Shown here: positions 39,114 to 52,997 of the stretch, in pieces
Layout: every line of letters starts with the position of its first letter
How positions within the stretch are numbered: position 1 is the first letter of the stretch
From: Octopus vulgaris
Lineage: Eukaryota
Length of the DNA stretch: 64,000 nt
NCBI GenBank assembly: GCA_951406725.2
Contig: OX597815.1
Coordinates: 50,220,001-50,284,000, forward strand
Direction of reading: 5' to 3'
Notes under the pieces: model-generated
Told to the model about the DNA's origin: nothing
Seen by the model: only the letters and a program-made list of their open reading frames with translations
Databases searched by the model: none
Made by a program: the position numbers and the translations under genes

Positions 39114-40326
39114 TTGCATATATACTTACATGAGGACATACCAGCATGTATATCTCTATACATATAAGTATATATTCAATGATATATAAGTCAGTGTGAA
39201 CATAATTGTAAATACAGTTTATCTACACATATCAATTGCCTGATGCATCTTTGCCTGAAACTTTGCACTTATAATGATTAGCAAGAATTATTGGTTTCAT
39301 GTTAATACTATTTATTTTATTTAAGCATTTATTGCATTTATTTATCTGTAATTCTTTGATATTCTTACAATTTGTTACCTATGCCATTGTGTTCAATCAT
39401 TGATTTAATTAAAAACAATATACTTTCTGCTATATAAACTCATGTTTATGTGTGTGCACTCTCTGTGTCTATATGCATGGAAATACAAGTAATTTTTTGC
39501 ATCTATGTAATATGTATATATACAAATATGTGCATGCATGCATATATACATATATACACATGAATATATATATATATATATATATATGCTCACATAAGTA
39601 TTTTTATATACATATAGACACACACAAATATATATGTGTGTATGTATATATACACACACACAGACGTGCACATGTATACACACTGATATATGTATACACA
39701 CACACACACACAGATAAATACGTACACAGACACTGACTCTCATATATACACATATATGTAATTATTTGTTTTCAGGTTTTTTGTTTTTTTTTTTGACAGC
39801 TTAATAGAATTTTACAACCTAATTGAAATTGGGATATTTGATTATTTCTCTAAACTTTGGGCACTAATAAAAGTAGCACATATAAAAAGAAAATTAAAAT
39901 ATTAAGATAATGTTATCAAATCAAAAATATAGCAATAAATTTCCAGCCTTTGTATCTTAAACCTTACCATTATTTCTGTTAACAGGTTGCTCTTAATTAG
40001 TGAACCAGTAGCAGTAAGTACATCAGTTACTCAAAACTGTTTATAGTTGCTGAAATGTTTCATGAATGATATATCCACCCTTGCTCAAGAAAATGTGTGT
40101 GTGCATACATGACTGCACACACAGACACACCCACAAATGAATACACACACACACAGAATAGCTTGCTTCTGTCTTTCCAAGTGATCTCCATCTATATACA
40201 ACTACAATTCTAGAAGTTCATTTAATTGATAAATTACATATGGTTCAAAAAAGCATATCTAAATTTTGTAAACTTACAGACATTAAAATCTTTGTATTTG
40301 TACACAATAAAAGGATAGATTGATAG

Positions 40327-40394
<68 letters not shown>

Positions 40395-40848
40395 ATAGTC
40401 ATAGTTGAATAATATTCTTAAGGCTGCAATTTACTTACATGCACCACCTTTCAAAGATTGTCATTAATTCAGTTCTTAACCAAATTGAAAGCTGTTAACG
40501 CTTTTGAAGAGTACTGGTCCCTAGCTACATTTTGGCATTAAAAAATTGTGATTTGATCCAGTAGAAAAACGTTTACATCAAAATTTATAGGAACGTTATA
40601 GGAGAGTAAATAACATCACCAATCAAGTTTATATCTAAATGATTTTTTTTTTATTCTAAAAGCAAAATATATTTATCTTAGCTTCAATGGTAGAAGAAAG
40701 CATGAAGAATTTCACAGCTTTGTTCCCATGCCACAAAAATTTGTATCAAAAATGTAATGTAAAATATCCTGAAAATAATATAAGTAAGGCAGAAAATTGG
40801 ATTTAAGTATAATTAACTTATTTATTTTAAAAACAATCTATATTTTAA

Positions 40849-41154
40849 CAATGATAAATCTCAGAGCGAGTTATAAACAGTAGCGGTAACACATTGTGAC
40901 ACATATTTGCCATTTGAATATGGCTAACCCCTAAGGGTGGATGCTACTGTAGTTTGTAGCCCCAGGAAGATATCTCCTCCAGAGTCCGTGTGTATCATAA
41001 GTTAAAGACGGGAAGGATGACTTCCCTTCACAAATACTGATAGGGCACAGATAGTGTGTCTATAGCCAGCTGGAGGAGATATCTTCCTGGGGCTACAAAC
41101 TACAGTAGCATCCACCCTTAGGGGTTAGCCATATTCAAATGGCAAATATGCGTC
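40849..41154. mobile_element. TSD-flanked insertion with 90-bp inverted duplication
   Basis: 16-bp TSD acaatctatattttaa at 40833-40848 and 41155-41170; arms 40893-40982 and 41070-41159 with one mismatch; 87-bp spacer. Confidence 0.9.
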
Positions 41155-42702
41155 ACAATCTATATTTTAATTAAACTTAAATGATAGTGCTTAATTCGAG
41201 AAATTTTATGGTATCAATCTCATGCAAAGAAGTTTTAAAAGAAAAAAGTTATGAGTGTTTGAGTTATGAGTGCTTTTTTATGAATATACTTCTATAAGGG
41301 GACTTTTAATATCTGTCACCGGTGTCATTGATGTCAGGAAAAAATTACCAATGACACCACTAATTGACACATTTGAGACATTATTAATTAGCATAATAGC
41401 ATAGCCTGGAAAAAACATGGATTACATGAAAAAATGTAAGCAAGAGAAATAATATTCTTAAGATTATAAACATAGAAAATTACCAGACAAGTTATTACAT
41501 TTGGAAAAATTCAGGACAACTTATTACATCTGGTAAAGTACAGAATAAAAATTTTTTTACTTAAAATATTGTATTTAAGGATAAAATTTGAATATTAAAA
41601 ATTATTTGATTTTAATTTACTAAGTGACATCATAACTAAAAAAGGTACCATCATTTTGTTAAAATATTGACACACTAGAATACTTTAAGAATGACTGCCA
41701 GAAGTACCAATACAGCTAAAGTTTTATGCAAAGTAGAACAGCATACATGGTAGGCAAATTCATTATGTAAAAATTATGCATTGGGTCACAACTAAAAATG
41801 TGAAGACTTGGCAATAACTTAGGCAATAACTCAAACAAATTTTACTATGAATTTGTTGTTATAGGTAGATTTTACTGTAATATATAACTAATTTTTGTAG
41901 TATTGTATTTATTGTGTTAACTAATTATGTAGTACTATTATTTTTTATAACCTATTTTCAATTTTCTAATTACTAATTAAAAAAATGAATTTTTTGAAGT
42001 GAAAAAAATATTTTGTGTTACTTTTTTATTTTTAATAGAAGTAACAAGTAATAACATGGAGGCACGTGACTTAGTGGTTAGAGTAGTGGACTAGGGGTCG
42101 AAGGATCGCGGGCAATGCATGTGTTTATGAGCAAAACACCCAAGTTTCATGCAGCTCCAGCAGAAGGTAATGGTGAACTTCTGCTGACTCTTTCACCACC
42201 ACTTTCTATCACTCTTTTCTCCTACATCTAGCAGTTGTCCTGAACTTTTCCAATTGTAATAACTTGTCCTATAATTGTCAAGGTTTATAATCTCAAGAAT
42301 ATCATTTCTCTTGCTCACATTTTCCCATGTAATATATATATGTGCAATGGTTTTTGGTAAGCAGTGTCAATTTTTGCAATTCAGCTATATAGCCACATCT
42401 GCATCTACGTTTATATAAGTATCAGATATGTGTAACTGTTTATGAAGTCACTTGACTTATAGAACATTGTATAATGAAATATGGTGCTCCTACAGGTCAT
42501 TAATAGTTGATATAGTCTTTTCAATTTCAATTTTAAAAAAGTGTGTGTGTGTGTATATGTGCATACACGCACACACACATGTATATACTTATTATTCTTA
42601 AATAAGAGTGTTGTGATTGACTTCGAAATTAAGCCATTGTCTGATGATAACTTAGCTGGCCAAAAATTCGAAGTCACTGTCAACAATGGTCTTTTTTAAG
42701 AG

Positions 42703-43065
42703 TAACAAGAACAATCAGAGAGCACAAACCTCCGCCAAGGCAACACCAACGACTTCTCAACGATTAACCAGAGATGATCTTTAAAATGAGAATATCTGAA
42801 ATAAACTTGACATCTCTTACAAACGAGAATGCTAAAAATGAACCCGACCAAAATGAAGTAAAAAACAGGAAAAATAATCCAGAATCCTTGTCCGGTATTG
42901 GATCAATCCCCAAATCTAAACAGTTCATGCCAGTCACGAGGTCAAACTTTCCTGAGAAGTTTCATCTGAATTAATCCAGCAGTTCTTGAGATATTTTGTC
43001 CACAGCAAACTAACAAACAAACACACACGACTGAAAACAATACCTCTGCCTTCGCTAAGGCAATT
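42703..43065 (+). mobile_element. Non-autonomous Helentron/HINE-like element
   Basis: Starts taacaaga; acctccgcc motif near both ends; internal (caaa)n/(ca)n; 3' stem-loop gcctt-cgct-aaggc. Confidence 0.55.
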
Positions 43066-43086
43066 AATTCGTACTCTACAAAAGTA

Positions 43087-43955
43087 CAGGGTGAGGCAGA
43101 GACGACGGCTGTTTTTGAAAATTTCACAAAATCATTTTTAGCTGCAAACAAATTTTATTGACATCGTATTGAATTAGCATTTGTCAAAATCAAGTGTGAA
43201 AAACAACATCCATCATGTGATGTCCATTTTCATTGATGCATTTCTGAAGGCCTTCTTGGATGTTGGCCTCCACTCTCTCCAGCATTACTCTGTCGATTTG
43301 GACGACTACCACGCCAATAGCTTCCTTCAAATCGTACAATGTATGGGGCTTATACACATTCACACGGGCCTTGAGGTTTCTTCCACAAGAAATAATCACA
43401 CATGGACAAATCAGGGGACTGAGGGGGCCAAGGAATGTCAGCAAACCTGGAAATGAGGGCGAAGAACGTCTATTGATGCTCTGGTTGTGTGGTCCTTTGC
43501 CCCAACCTGCTGAAACCACACACATCAAATAAGTATACGTTCGTCATAATTCAGGCACAAAGAAGTTGTTTATCATCTCAATGTAACACTCAGAGTTCAC
43601 AGTAACAGCATTTCTATTACTGTCTTCAAAAAAACGAGGACCAATGACATCAGCTTTTCAACAGCTCACCAGACCGTTCCTTTTGGGCTGTGCAGTGGTC
43701 TTTAGTGCAGTTCTCTCGGATTGTCAAGGACCCACCAGCGACAGTGTGGACAGAGTGGACGTGTTTTTCTCCTCCAACCACTCAAAAACACGTCCACTCC
43801 CTGTTCTTTTGCATATAGCTTCATAAACACTCGTTAGGTAATTCCCATTATGAAAACGCCTTTTTTAGAGATTTATTTTTCCCTGATGAAGGAGGTAGTG
43901 CCCAATAATGGATGTAAATGTCTTTTATTTGACTGGACAACCAGACCCCAGAAAT
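43087..43955 (-). mobile_element. Decayed Tc1/mariner-superfamily transposon, DD41D (rosa/Visitor)-like
   Basis: TA+cagggtg TIR at 43085; remnants GPxFFED...VTVNSExYIEMINNFFVPEL, WFQQ, WPPQSPDLSMCDYFL, LKARV..KPHTLYDLKEAI...KCINENGHH. Confidence 0.85.
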
Positions 43956-43956
43956 G

Positions 43957-43982
43957 ACGGAAACTGAAAGAAGCCCGTCGTA

Positions 43983-44032
<50 letters not shown>

Positions 44033-44229
44033 TGTGTTTGTTCCCCTAGCATTGCTTGACAACTGATGCTGGTGTGTTTACGTCCCCCATAACTTAGCGG
44101 TTCGGCAAAAGAGACCAATAGAATAAGTACTAGGCTTACAAAGAATAAATCCTGTGGTCGATTTGCTCGACTAAAAGGCGGTGCTCCAGCATGGCCACGG
44201 TCAAATGACTAAAACAAGTAAAAAGAGTA
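43957..44229 (+). mobile_element. Dominant SINE, 5'-truncated
   Basis: gacggaaactgaaagaagcccgtcg-(TA)n-tail. Confidence 0.9.
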
Positions 44230-45410
44230 TTATGTATGTATGTATAGTGTTTCATTTAGAAATATAATACACACGTTATATATTTGGTTATGTAATGAAA
44301 TCAGCACAGACAGAAAATAAATAGAGTAAAAAATACTATAGCATGACAGTAAGCAGAACATTTTATAAATAAAGAAAACCAAATGAAATGAAAACATAAT
44401 GGAAAGAAGCAAGATAAGATAAAGCATATGAGAGAATTACCGAAATCTTCATTAAATATTTATATCTATTTCTCTACATTGTTGTCTGTCTGAATTGATG
44501 ACAAGCCAGGTAATCCATGTTCATCTCTCTCTTTTTTTTGTATCTCGGCTTTATTTAAACTCTCCTGACTCTGCATTCTGTTATGGTAACCAACGTTTTT
44601 TGGCAGAGGTAAAGAATATGTACACCACCCATTTTTTTGGTGTAACCCTAGCCCTAAACACTGGGTGTACGTATTCTTTACATTTGCCTGTTTCTCCTAT
44701 CTGCCCAGCCCCAACTCTCTTAGCAACAATGTTGGATAAGCACTTTGGATATGTTTCTTTAACCCTAGGCTAACTAATGCCTTGTGAGTGAATCCAGTTG
44801 ACGAAATTGTGTGAAAGCCCATCATACACATACTACACATACGTATATACATATCTTTTGTATTTGTCTTTGTTGCTCATGATTGCTCGATAACTATTGT
44901 TGATTTATTTACATCCCCATAACATACTGGTTTGACAAAAGAGACCAATACAGGTACCATACTTTAAAAAATCACAAGTACTGGGGTTGATGTATTTGAC
45001 TAAATCCATCAAGACAGTGCTCCAGTATGGCTGTAGTTCAATGACCAAAACAAGTAAAAAATAAAGGATAATGTAGTTGCACTCTTTTCGCAAAATTCCC
45101 AAAATAAATCTAAAAGTTTTATTTCTTAAGTCATTATTTTAATTTTTTGGAATTTAGCACAAAGCTTTGTTTGCAATTTATTTCAGTTTAATTTACTTAT
45201 CTATTGATATATCTTCTAACTGTCAAGTATTCAGATTACCTAGTCAAATCTAGTACTTATTTATTCAAATTGTTTTGAATTAATCATGCATTATTTTGTA
45301 GCTTAGAAATTTTGATATAATTGCTTATTTTTAGAATGACATTGAAGGGTAGTTGTGATAAGTTAGATCTGGCCAGTTTGAAGATAGAACAAGTATATTT
45401 TGGCCTAATA

Positions 45411-45648
45411 TCATCATCATCATTGTTTAACGTCCGCTTTCCATGCTAGCATGGCTTCAACAATTTGACTGAGGACTGGCGAACCAGATGGCTGCATGCA
45501 CCAGGCTCCAATCTTGATCTGGCAGAGTTTCTACTGCTGGATGCCCTTCCTAATGCCAACTGCTCCGAGAGTGTAGTGGTTGCTGTTACGTGCCACCGGC
45601 ATGAGGGCCAGTCAGGTGGTACTGGCAACGGCCACACTCAAATGGTGT
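45411..45648 (-). mobile_element. RTE-tailed SINE-like element with (GAT)n tail
   Basis: Reverse-homologous to 49160-49392; ttaggaagggcatccagc motif. Confidence 0.85.
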
Positions 45649-46494
45649 AGGATTAATGCTTAATGCATAGATCTTCATTACATTGTTTTACTATGTTAAA
45701 TATTTCAACTGTGTCTGAAGTTTGAACACACAAATGTTATCTCTTTCTATTTTTTCATTGAATCCACTATTTTCTCTCTGTCTTCCCTCCTCTCCCTTCT
45801 CTCGCTATGTATGTCTCTATTCAAGTTATTATCTCCCTTTGTGCAGCCATGGGCAAAACAGCCAGTCATGCAGGAACATGTAGACTAATATTACAAATTA
45901 TGATTTCAATAAAACTTGTGCAGAAGTTGCTTCTTTACTGGGACCCGTTTCCAATTCTCATAAGTATGCTTCATATAATGCTCTTGGAAAATGGTAATTT
46001 GTCATGGCACTCTTTTGCAATTATGACATCACAGCAAGTAAAATCCTGACTGATAATAATTTGCATATCTATCAAATTAATAGTAATTTCTCCAGCAACA
46101 GGAGTGTGGCCATGCTGGGGTATCAACTTCAATTGTTTAGCCAAACAATTTGACTCCTGGCAATTATTATATTGACTCCTTTTGCCAAACCACTAAGTTA
46201 CAGAGATGCAAGGAAACCGACACCAGTAGTCAAGCAGATGTGGAGGAACACACACACACACATACATATGTGTATATATGACAGGCTTCCACACAGTTTC
46301 TATTTACCAAATTCATTCATAAAGCCCACAGTTATAGTAAAAGAAAGCTGAGTAGTTACTGCACAGTGGGACTGAGCAAAAAAACTCAATGGTTGCAAAA
46401 CAAACTTCTTAACCACACAGCCATTTCTGTGCCCAAATGAGAAATAGGGAACACTTCACTAATTTGTGTGTCATCTTTGTGTATGATTTATTTA

Positions 46495-46668
46495 AAAGAA
46501 TTACCCACTACATTCATGGAGTGGTTGGTGTTAGGAAGGATATCCAGCTGTAGAAGCACTGCCAGATCAGAGTGGAGCCTGGTGCAGCCCTCCTGGCTTC
46601 CCAGACCCCAGTGGAACCGTCCAACCCATGCTAGCATGGAAAACGGATGTTAAACGATGATGAGGATG
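46495..46668 (+). mobile_element. RTE-tailed SINE-like element
   Basis: ggagtggttggtgttaggaaggatatccagc...ccgtccaacccatgctagcatgg...(gat)n. Confidence 0.85.
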
Positions 46669-46967
46669 AACGCTGATGAATTAGTCTTACAAAATACTTA
46701 AAACGAAATATATTGGTTTCATTGTTTTTAATAAAATATATTGAGATTCAGGCCAAATATTTGAGTTCTTTAATTTGAGTGTCTGAACAACATTCTTATG
46801 AGGAGGTAGTCTCAAGACTTACCTAAAATAATTTTTAATGCTATTAATGATTATATTTTTTAACATTATCAAGATATCAAATTATTAATTCTAACCAGGG
46901 TGCAAGATGAGAAATTTTGCAAGGAGGTAAATTTGAACATGCAAATGTTTTCTATTTCTGTTATATC

Positions 46968-47190
46968 TATTTCTTTACTACCCACAAGGGAATAAACATA
47001 GAGGGGATGAACAAGGACAGACAAACGGATTAAACCGATTATATCGACCCCAGTTTGTAACTGGAACTTATTTAATCGACCTCGAAAGGATGAAAGGCAA
47101 AGTCAACCTCAGCGGAATTTGAACTCAGAACGTAGCGGCAAATAAAATACCGCTAGGCATTTCGCCCGGTGTGCTAATGATTCTACCAGC
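46968..47190 (-). mobile_element. Deu/Nin-domain SINE with 11-bp TSD
   Basis: TSD tctgttatatc at 46957-46967 and 47191-47201; an older copy follows at ~47205-47355. Confidence 0.88.
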
Positions 47191-47475
47191 TCTGTTATAT
47201 CACCTCCAGTACTTGATAGGCCTAGCTTGTTATTGACTCTGGAAGAATGAAAATGCAAAGTTAGCCTCAGTGAGATTTGAACTCAAAATGTAAAGAGCTG
47301 TAACAAAATATTATAAACCACTTTATCTGATGCTCCAATGATTCTGCCAGCCCACCGTCTTCGGGTCAATAAATAACGGAAAAAACAATACTAAATATGG
47401 TTATTGTGCCAGACATATAGATACAAATGAAAAAATAAGCTACATCTCAAAGTTTCAAAATAATATTGATCATTA

Positions 47476-47864
47476 CTCTTTTACTTGTTTCAGTCATTTG
47501 ACTGCAGTCATGCTGGAGCACCACCTTTAGTCGAGCAAATCGCCCCCAGGACTAATTCTTTGTAAGCCTAGTACTTATTCTATCAGTCTCTTTTGCCAAA
47601 CCATTAAGTTACGGAGATGTAAACACACCAGCATTGGTTATCAAGCGATGTTGGTGGGGGGGGGGGGGAAACACACACACACACACATATATATATATAC
47701 ATATATACGACGGGCTTCTTTCAGTTTCCATCTGCCAAATCCACTCACAAGGCTTTGATCAGCCCGAGGCTATAGTATAAGACACTTGCCCAAGGTGCTA
47801 CGCAGTGGGACTGAACTCAGAACCATGTGGTTGGTAAGCAAGCTACTTACCACACAGCCACTCC
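47476..47864 (-). mobile_element. Dominant SINE, full length
   Basis: Reverse complement of the 19180-19606 type. Confidence 0.92.
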
Positions 47865-48384
47865 ATTAATAAAATATTTTTAAAAAGCCATTTGTTCTCA
47901 TCAAAACAGACCATTGCATGTAACAGCTTTGTTGTTGTTGCTGCTGTTTAGCAATCATGTCAACTTCATCCAGTAGAATTGTGGTCAAAGGCATTCCAGC
48001 TGTGCCCATCCTGTATCATTTTTATCTGATGACTGCCATATCCAACAGTTTGAGAAGCTACACCTTATCCACTGCAAGCTATTTGAGCTTCAGGAGACTT
48101 TTGTGAGTCTACTCTGTTACAAGCTTTTGCCCAAATACTTGCCACAGAGTGGACTCTGCTAAAGTCTGAGGGTACCTTCCTCTCGCTTTGTCACCAATCT
48201 TGGAAGCCTTCTGTAATAAGCAATAAAAATTATACTCTCTTGGTTGTTTGAATGCCTTTGTAAGCTTGGTGGTTCATCAGGGTTGTTGTATCAGTGCAAC
48301 AGATGGAAATATGTCTCAACAGAAAAGTAGGAAAATATACTGAAAGAAAAATTTGATCTTAAGTCTCAATGTTTATTAGCTTTA

Positions 48385-48606
48385 AGATGGTGAGGTGGCA
48401 GAATCATTAGCAAACCGGACAAAATGCTTTGTGACATTTCATCTGGCTTTATATTCTAAGTTCAAACTAAACTTCACTGAGGATGACTTTGCTTTTGACC
48501 TTTTAGGGTTGATAAAATAAGCACCAGTGGAGCAATGGAGGTCAATGCAATTAACTAGTATTTTCCCCCGAAATTGCTGGCCTTGTACCAAAATTTAAAA
48601 TCAATA
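48385..48606 (+). mobile_element. Deu/Nin-domain SINE (older)
   Basis: ggtgaggtggcagaatcattagc...gttgataaaataagcaccag. Confidence 0.75.
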
Positions 48607-49152
48607 TTTGCTAACTTTTATACATTAAAGAAGTGCTTATGATTCAAACTTTTCTAAGCAACAAGATTTTGTAACGATCAATGATAAGGGAAATGTGCAA
48701 ATACTTTAATAGAAATTATTTGAATTTGGCTCATAATCAGAAAGTTATACAGCTAAAGATGATTCCTATTTCCAAGGATAATTAATTAGAAAAAAATGTA
48801 AATTATCAAGGTAATCAAAGATGTAAGCTTTCTTATAATATATCCCTGCTTAAACTGGTAATATTGATCCAGAAGTGGAGTAACAGTTATGGAAATAGTA
48901 AGAAACAGAGGAAAGAGATGGAATGTCAATGATTAAGTAGTTATAGTAAATTGGTGAATGAACACTTCCCTGTTAGTCTGATGGGGTTTTAGTTATTTGA
49001 ATGTGTAACAGCAGCGCCACCTAGATACATAAACAACAATTATGGTTTGTGAGAAGATGCATTTCCCAGCTCAGAAAAGGAGTGTGAAGACCTTCAGTTG
49101 TAGTTTAATTTATATTGTTGTAAATGTGTGGTTTCTATGAAATATTTCCAGA

Positions 49153-49392
49153 ACACCATTTTAGCATGGCCATTGCCAGTACCGCCTGACTGGCCCTCAT
49201 GCCCGTGGCGCAAAAAAGCACCCACTACACTCTCGGAATGGTTGGCATTAGGAAGGGCATCCAGCTGCAGAAACTCTGCTAAGTCAACATTGGAGCCTGG
49301 TGCAGCCCTCTGGTTTGCCAGTCCTCAGTCAAATTGCCGAAGCCATGCTAGCATGGAAAGCAGACGTTAAACGATGATGATGATGATGATGA
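49153..49392 (+). mobile_element. RTE-tailed SINE-like element
   Basis: aaaaagcacccactacactctcggaatggttggcattaggaagggcatccagc...gacgttaaac(gat)n. Confidence 0.85.
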
Positions 49393-50039
49393 TTCTGGTG
49401 GACTTCATGAAAATTTCTAGCAATAGACAGAGACCCAAGTCTGATGTAAAGTTGTTTCAATTAAGTCATTCTAATAAGTGCCATTCAATAATAAAGTCAT
49501 TTGGTAAAAGTCTGTGGTACATGATGATATTTATACACATACACATATATATATTATGTAGGTGGTTAGGGTAAATCCCAGCTGCTTGCTTTTGAAGTGC
49601 ATTTGCTTATTACATTATTACAATCCAATATGTAGTCTCAGTTATGTCTGTATGTTAGTTCAAAATACATATTAAAATTGAGAATTAAGGGAATATTATT
49701 TGCAGAGTTGAACAGGAAATTGTATATTTTGGTATTATTTATTCACCATTACACATGTTTCATTTGCTAATAGAAATTACAAAGTTTTACGTGTTAGATC
49801 AGCATGTAAGGAATTTCTGATTAGAAATTTTTCAGACAGAGAAATTACACAATACAAATTTTTTGTTTGGATAAAGTGTTTATATTTAGATAGTAATTAG
49901 GAGCAGCACAGATACCCACAGTGAAGGAAGAAAAGACACACACACTCACACTTGCACACATATATACCAGTACATATGCATATATACACAAACATACATG
50001 TACACATATATACATACACACTCATATATATGTATGTGT

Positions 50040-50092
<53 letters not shown>

Positions 50093-52845
50093 CAAATATC
50101 TATTTCTAAAGAACTTTACAGGTATTCATTATTTTGGAAGTTACAATGACGGCTATACTTCACTGAACAGGTCAGAATATGAGTGATAGATAAATGGGGT
50201 TGTCTTATATATTTGAAGGAAAGTGAAAATAATATAAAGTTTAGATAAGCTCATCATATAATATGACTGCGTGACAAGAAGTTTGCTTTCCAAACATATG
50301 GTTCCAAGTTCAGTCCCATCAGTTCTACTGCATAGCACCTTGGACAAGCTGCTTCAGTTTGTTATTTTTGAGGTAAACTTGCATTTATCTCGTTCCATGT
50401 AACAAACATCATCAGAATGATTTGAACTTTACCAGAGGAATATTGACAGGAGATCTCTAAGGCATCCAGGTGGCTGTTTGCAGGAGGTGTTTTTCTAGTT
50501 TTGAAAATTCCTTTGGTAAAGCCTATGCTGTGATTGTGATTGGTAGTCACTATGTGTATGTGTGTGTGTGTGTGTGTGTGTTTGTTACTGTCTCTTTGTC
50601 TTGACATTGCATGATAGTTGTAAATGCAAACGGCGTCCTTCATTTCTAATATTCTGTGAAAACATATCTGACTATGGGGAAATATTACCTTATTTTGAAA
50701 CAGGTGAGGGTTGCAAACAGGAAGGGCACCTGGCCATAGAAAATCTGCCTCAACAAATTCCATCTAACCAATGGAAAATTGGATGTTAAAACGATTACGA
50801 TTATATTTCATAAACATTATTTTCATTACCTTTTAGCTTTTTTAATGTTCCCTTCATAAAATATGTTTGCACTAACTTAATATGGCCAACCAGAACCTAT
50901 GAAAACATGTTAAAACAGAGGTGAATAAGCTAATTAATTATCTTATTAATGCCTTTAGAGTATTTCACTGTTTTATGACAAAGTATACAGTGTAAAACTT
51001 TGATGTTTAATTACTAAATTGCAATTACTTCAATAGGAACATTAATAAAATATAGTAAAAATTGCATATTTCAACTGAAGAATACATGTTACACTTTAAT
51101 TTCATGTAAGATAGTGTAGCAGTGTTCATCCACGACTTCTGCATGGTCCTCCCAGATTGATGAAATTGATGTGGATAATGAACATCATCAAATCAGGGTC
51201 TGTAAGTAAAATATAGGCTGAGAAAATATTTCAGAGAATAACACTTTTATGGAAAAAGAAAAAAATGTGAGTGGGGTGTATATAGTGTAGCATGAAAATG
51301 CGACACAGAAATAAAAGGCTATTCCCGAAGGAATTTGCAAAAAACTGTTTGTTCAGATGTGTAGGGGCCATTGTAGTAATGTTGAGAAGAGTCAGATAAG
51401 AACGAACAGAAATGAGTTGAAGCCTGTTGCTGAATCATCATGGATGTTGCTGTTTAGCAGCAGTATATCCTACTCTTAGCACATTCTACTGAAAGGAATA
51501 AGAAATTTCATAAACTATAATTTCCTTTTCAGTGATTATATTCCCAATCTTTTTTACTCATTAAGTGTCCCCAAAACCATCCCTCTCTCTTCCTCTTTCT
51601 TCTTCTATGCATCAGTCTATCCCTGAGCTGCTCCAGTAATCTATCGGTTCTTTCTGTGAAAAGAGATTGCAAGCGCCTTGCTCAGCTCTTTCCAGAGAAA
51701 AAGACATAAATGGTCCCTGCATGATGCTTCTCTCAGTACAATATAACTGAGAGAGAGAGAGAAAAGGGATGATTCCAGTACTTCACTGGTGTTTTTTTTT
51801 TTTTTATTAACTTCAGAAGAATGTAAAGTTGACCTCAGCAGGATTTGAACTTAGAATGCAGAAAACTAGAACAAACACTGCAATTTAATCCAATGCTCTG
51901 AGAATTCTTTCTAGTTTCATCTTTTTCTAATGTTAAATATAGATGAGTATAGATACTGTAAAGTTTATTTGCCAACACAATGTGGCAGTCCAAGATACAA
52001 CTGTAATTTACTAAGAAAATCATAGTGCAGACTTACTTAGGCATTGTAAGCATTTAAGCTGTTCTGCTTTGATATGGGAGAAAGATATTGTTGTTGGTGA
52101 TAGTTTTTAGCCCTAGGTCATCTATATTTATGATCAAAAGCACTTCTGCCATGAGCATTTTCTCAGTATGTTTATCAAGTACTACATTGTTATTTTCTTC
52201 CTTTTTTAAAACAGTAAAAAAGATGATTTGAGGGAGATTTGACTGCTATTTCTGCCAGCCTGAGGAACAACCATATAGTGGCTTCTTTGTTGGCAGACTT
52301 AAATAATTACTAAAGATGGTGTTATTACAATATGCAGGCATATTTAAGATGCCTCGCAAATTTTAAATCAATAAACCAGATTGAATTTTATATTGTCCCT
52401 TCTTATCTATAGAACACAACAGAGACATTACAGTGAAATATAGATTGATTTTCATCGCAAACTATAGTTGCTGCAGCACTTAATGTTGACATGTACTTAT
52501 TAAATGGATCTTCTGCATAAATATGCAAAGTAAACATTTGAAGTGCTGCACAAACGCTGTTGTTTATTAGCATTGATCAATCAATACAAAAGAAAGAGCT
52601 TAGCAAGGAAAAATATTCTACACTATTGAATAGTCTATGTTGAAATTATTGAAATTGGGATGTGAAGAAACAATACCACATCGGTTGTCACAAAAGCTTC
52701 CATGTGTTAGCTATTTATTTATTTTTATTTATTTTCATTGCTTATTCTGTTTTCTTCAGAGTTACAGCATTCAACAAATCAACCATATAATTATTAAAGT
52801 CACTAATTTAGCTGTCACAAAAAGTAAATGCAAAAATATAAATGC

Positions 52846-52943
52846 TATTATTATTATTATTATTATTAATATTATTATTATTATTATTATTATATTTTTA
52901 TTATTATTATTATTATTATTATTAATATTATTATTATTATTAA

Positions 52944-52997
<54 letters not shown>
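52846..52997. repeat. (ATT)n microsatellite
   Basis: Direct reading; source of poly-I/L/N ORFs. Confidence 0.97.

Noticed and set aside
48028-48279. Possible solo LTR (tgatga...tcatca with AATAAA)
   Set aside because: No target-site duplication found.
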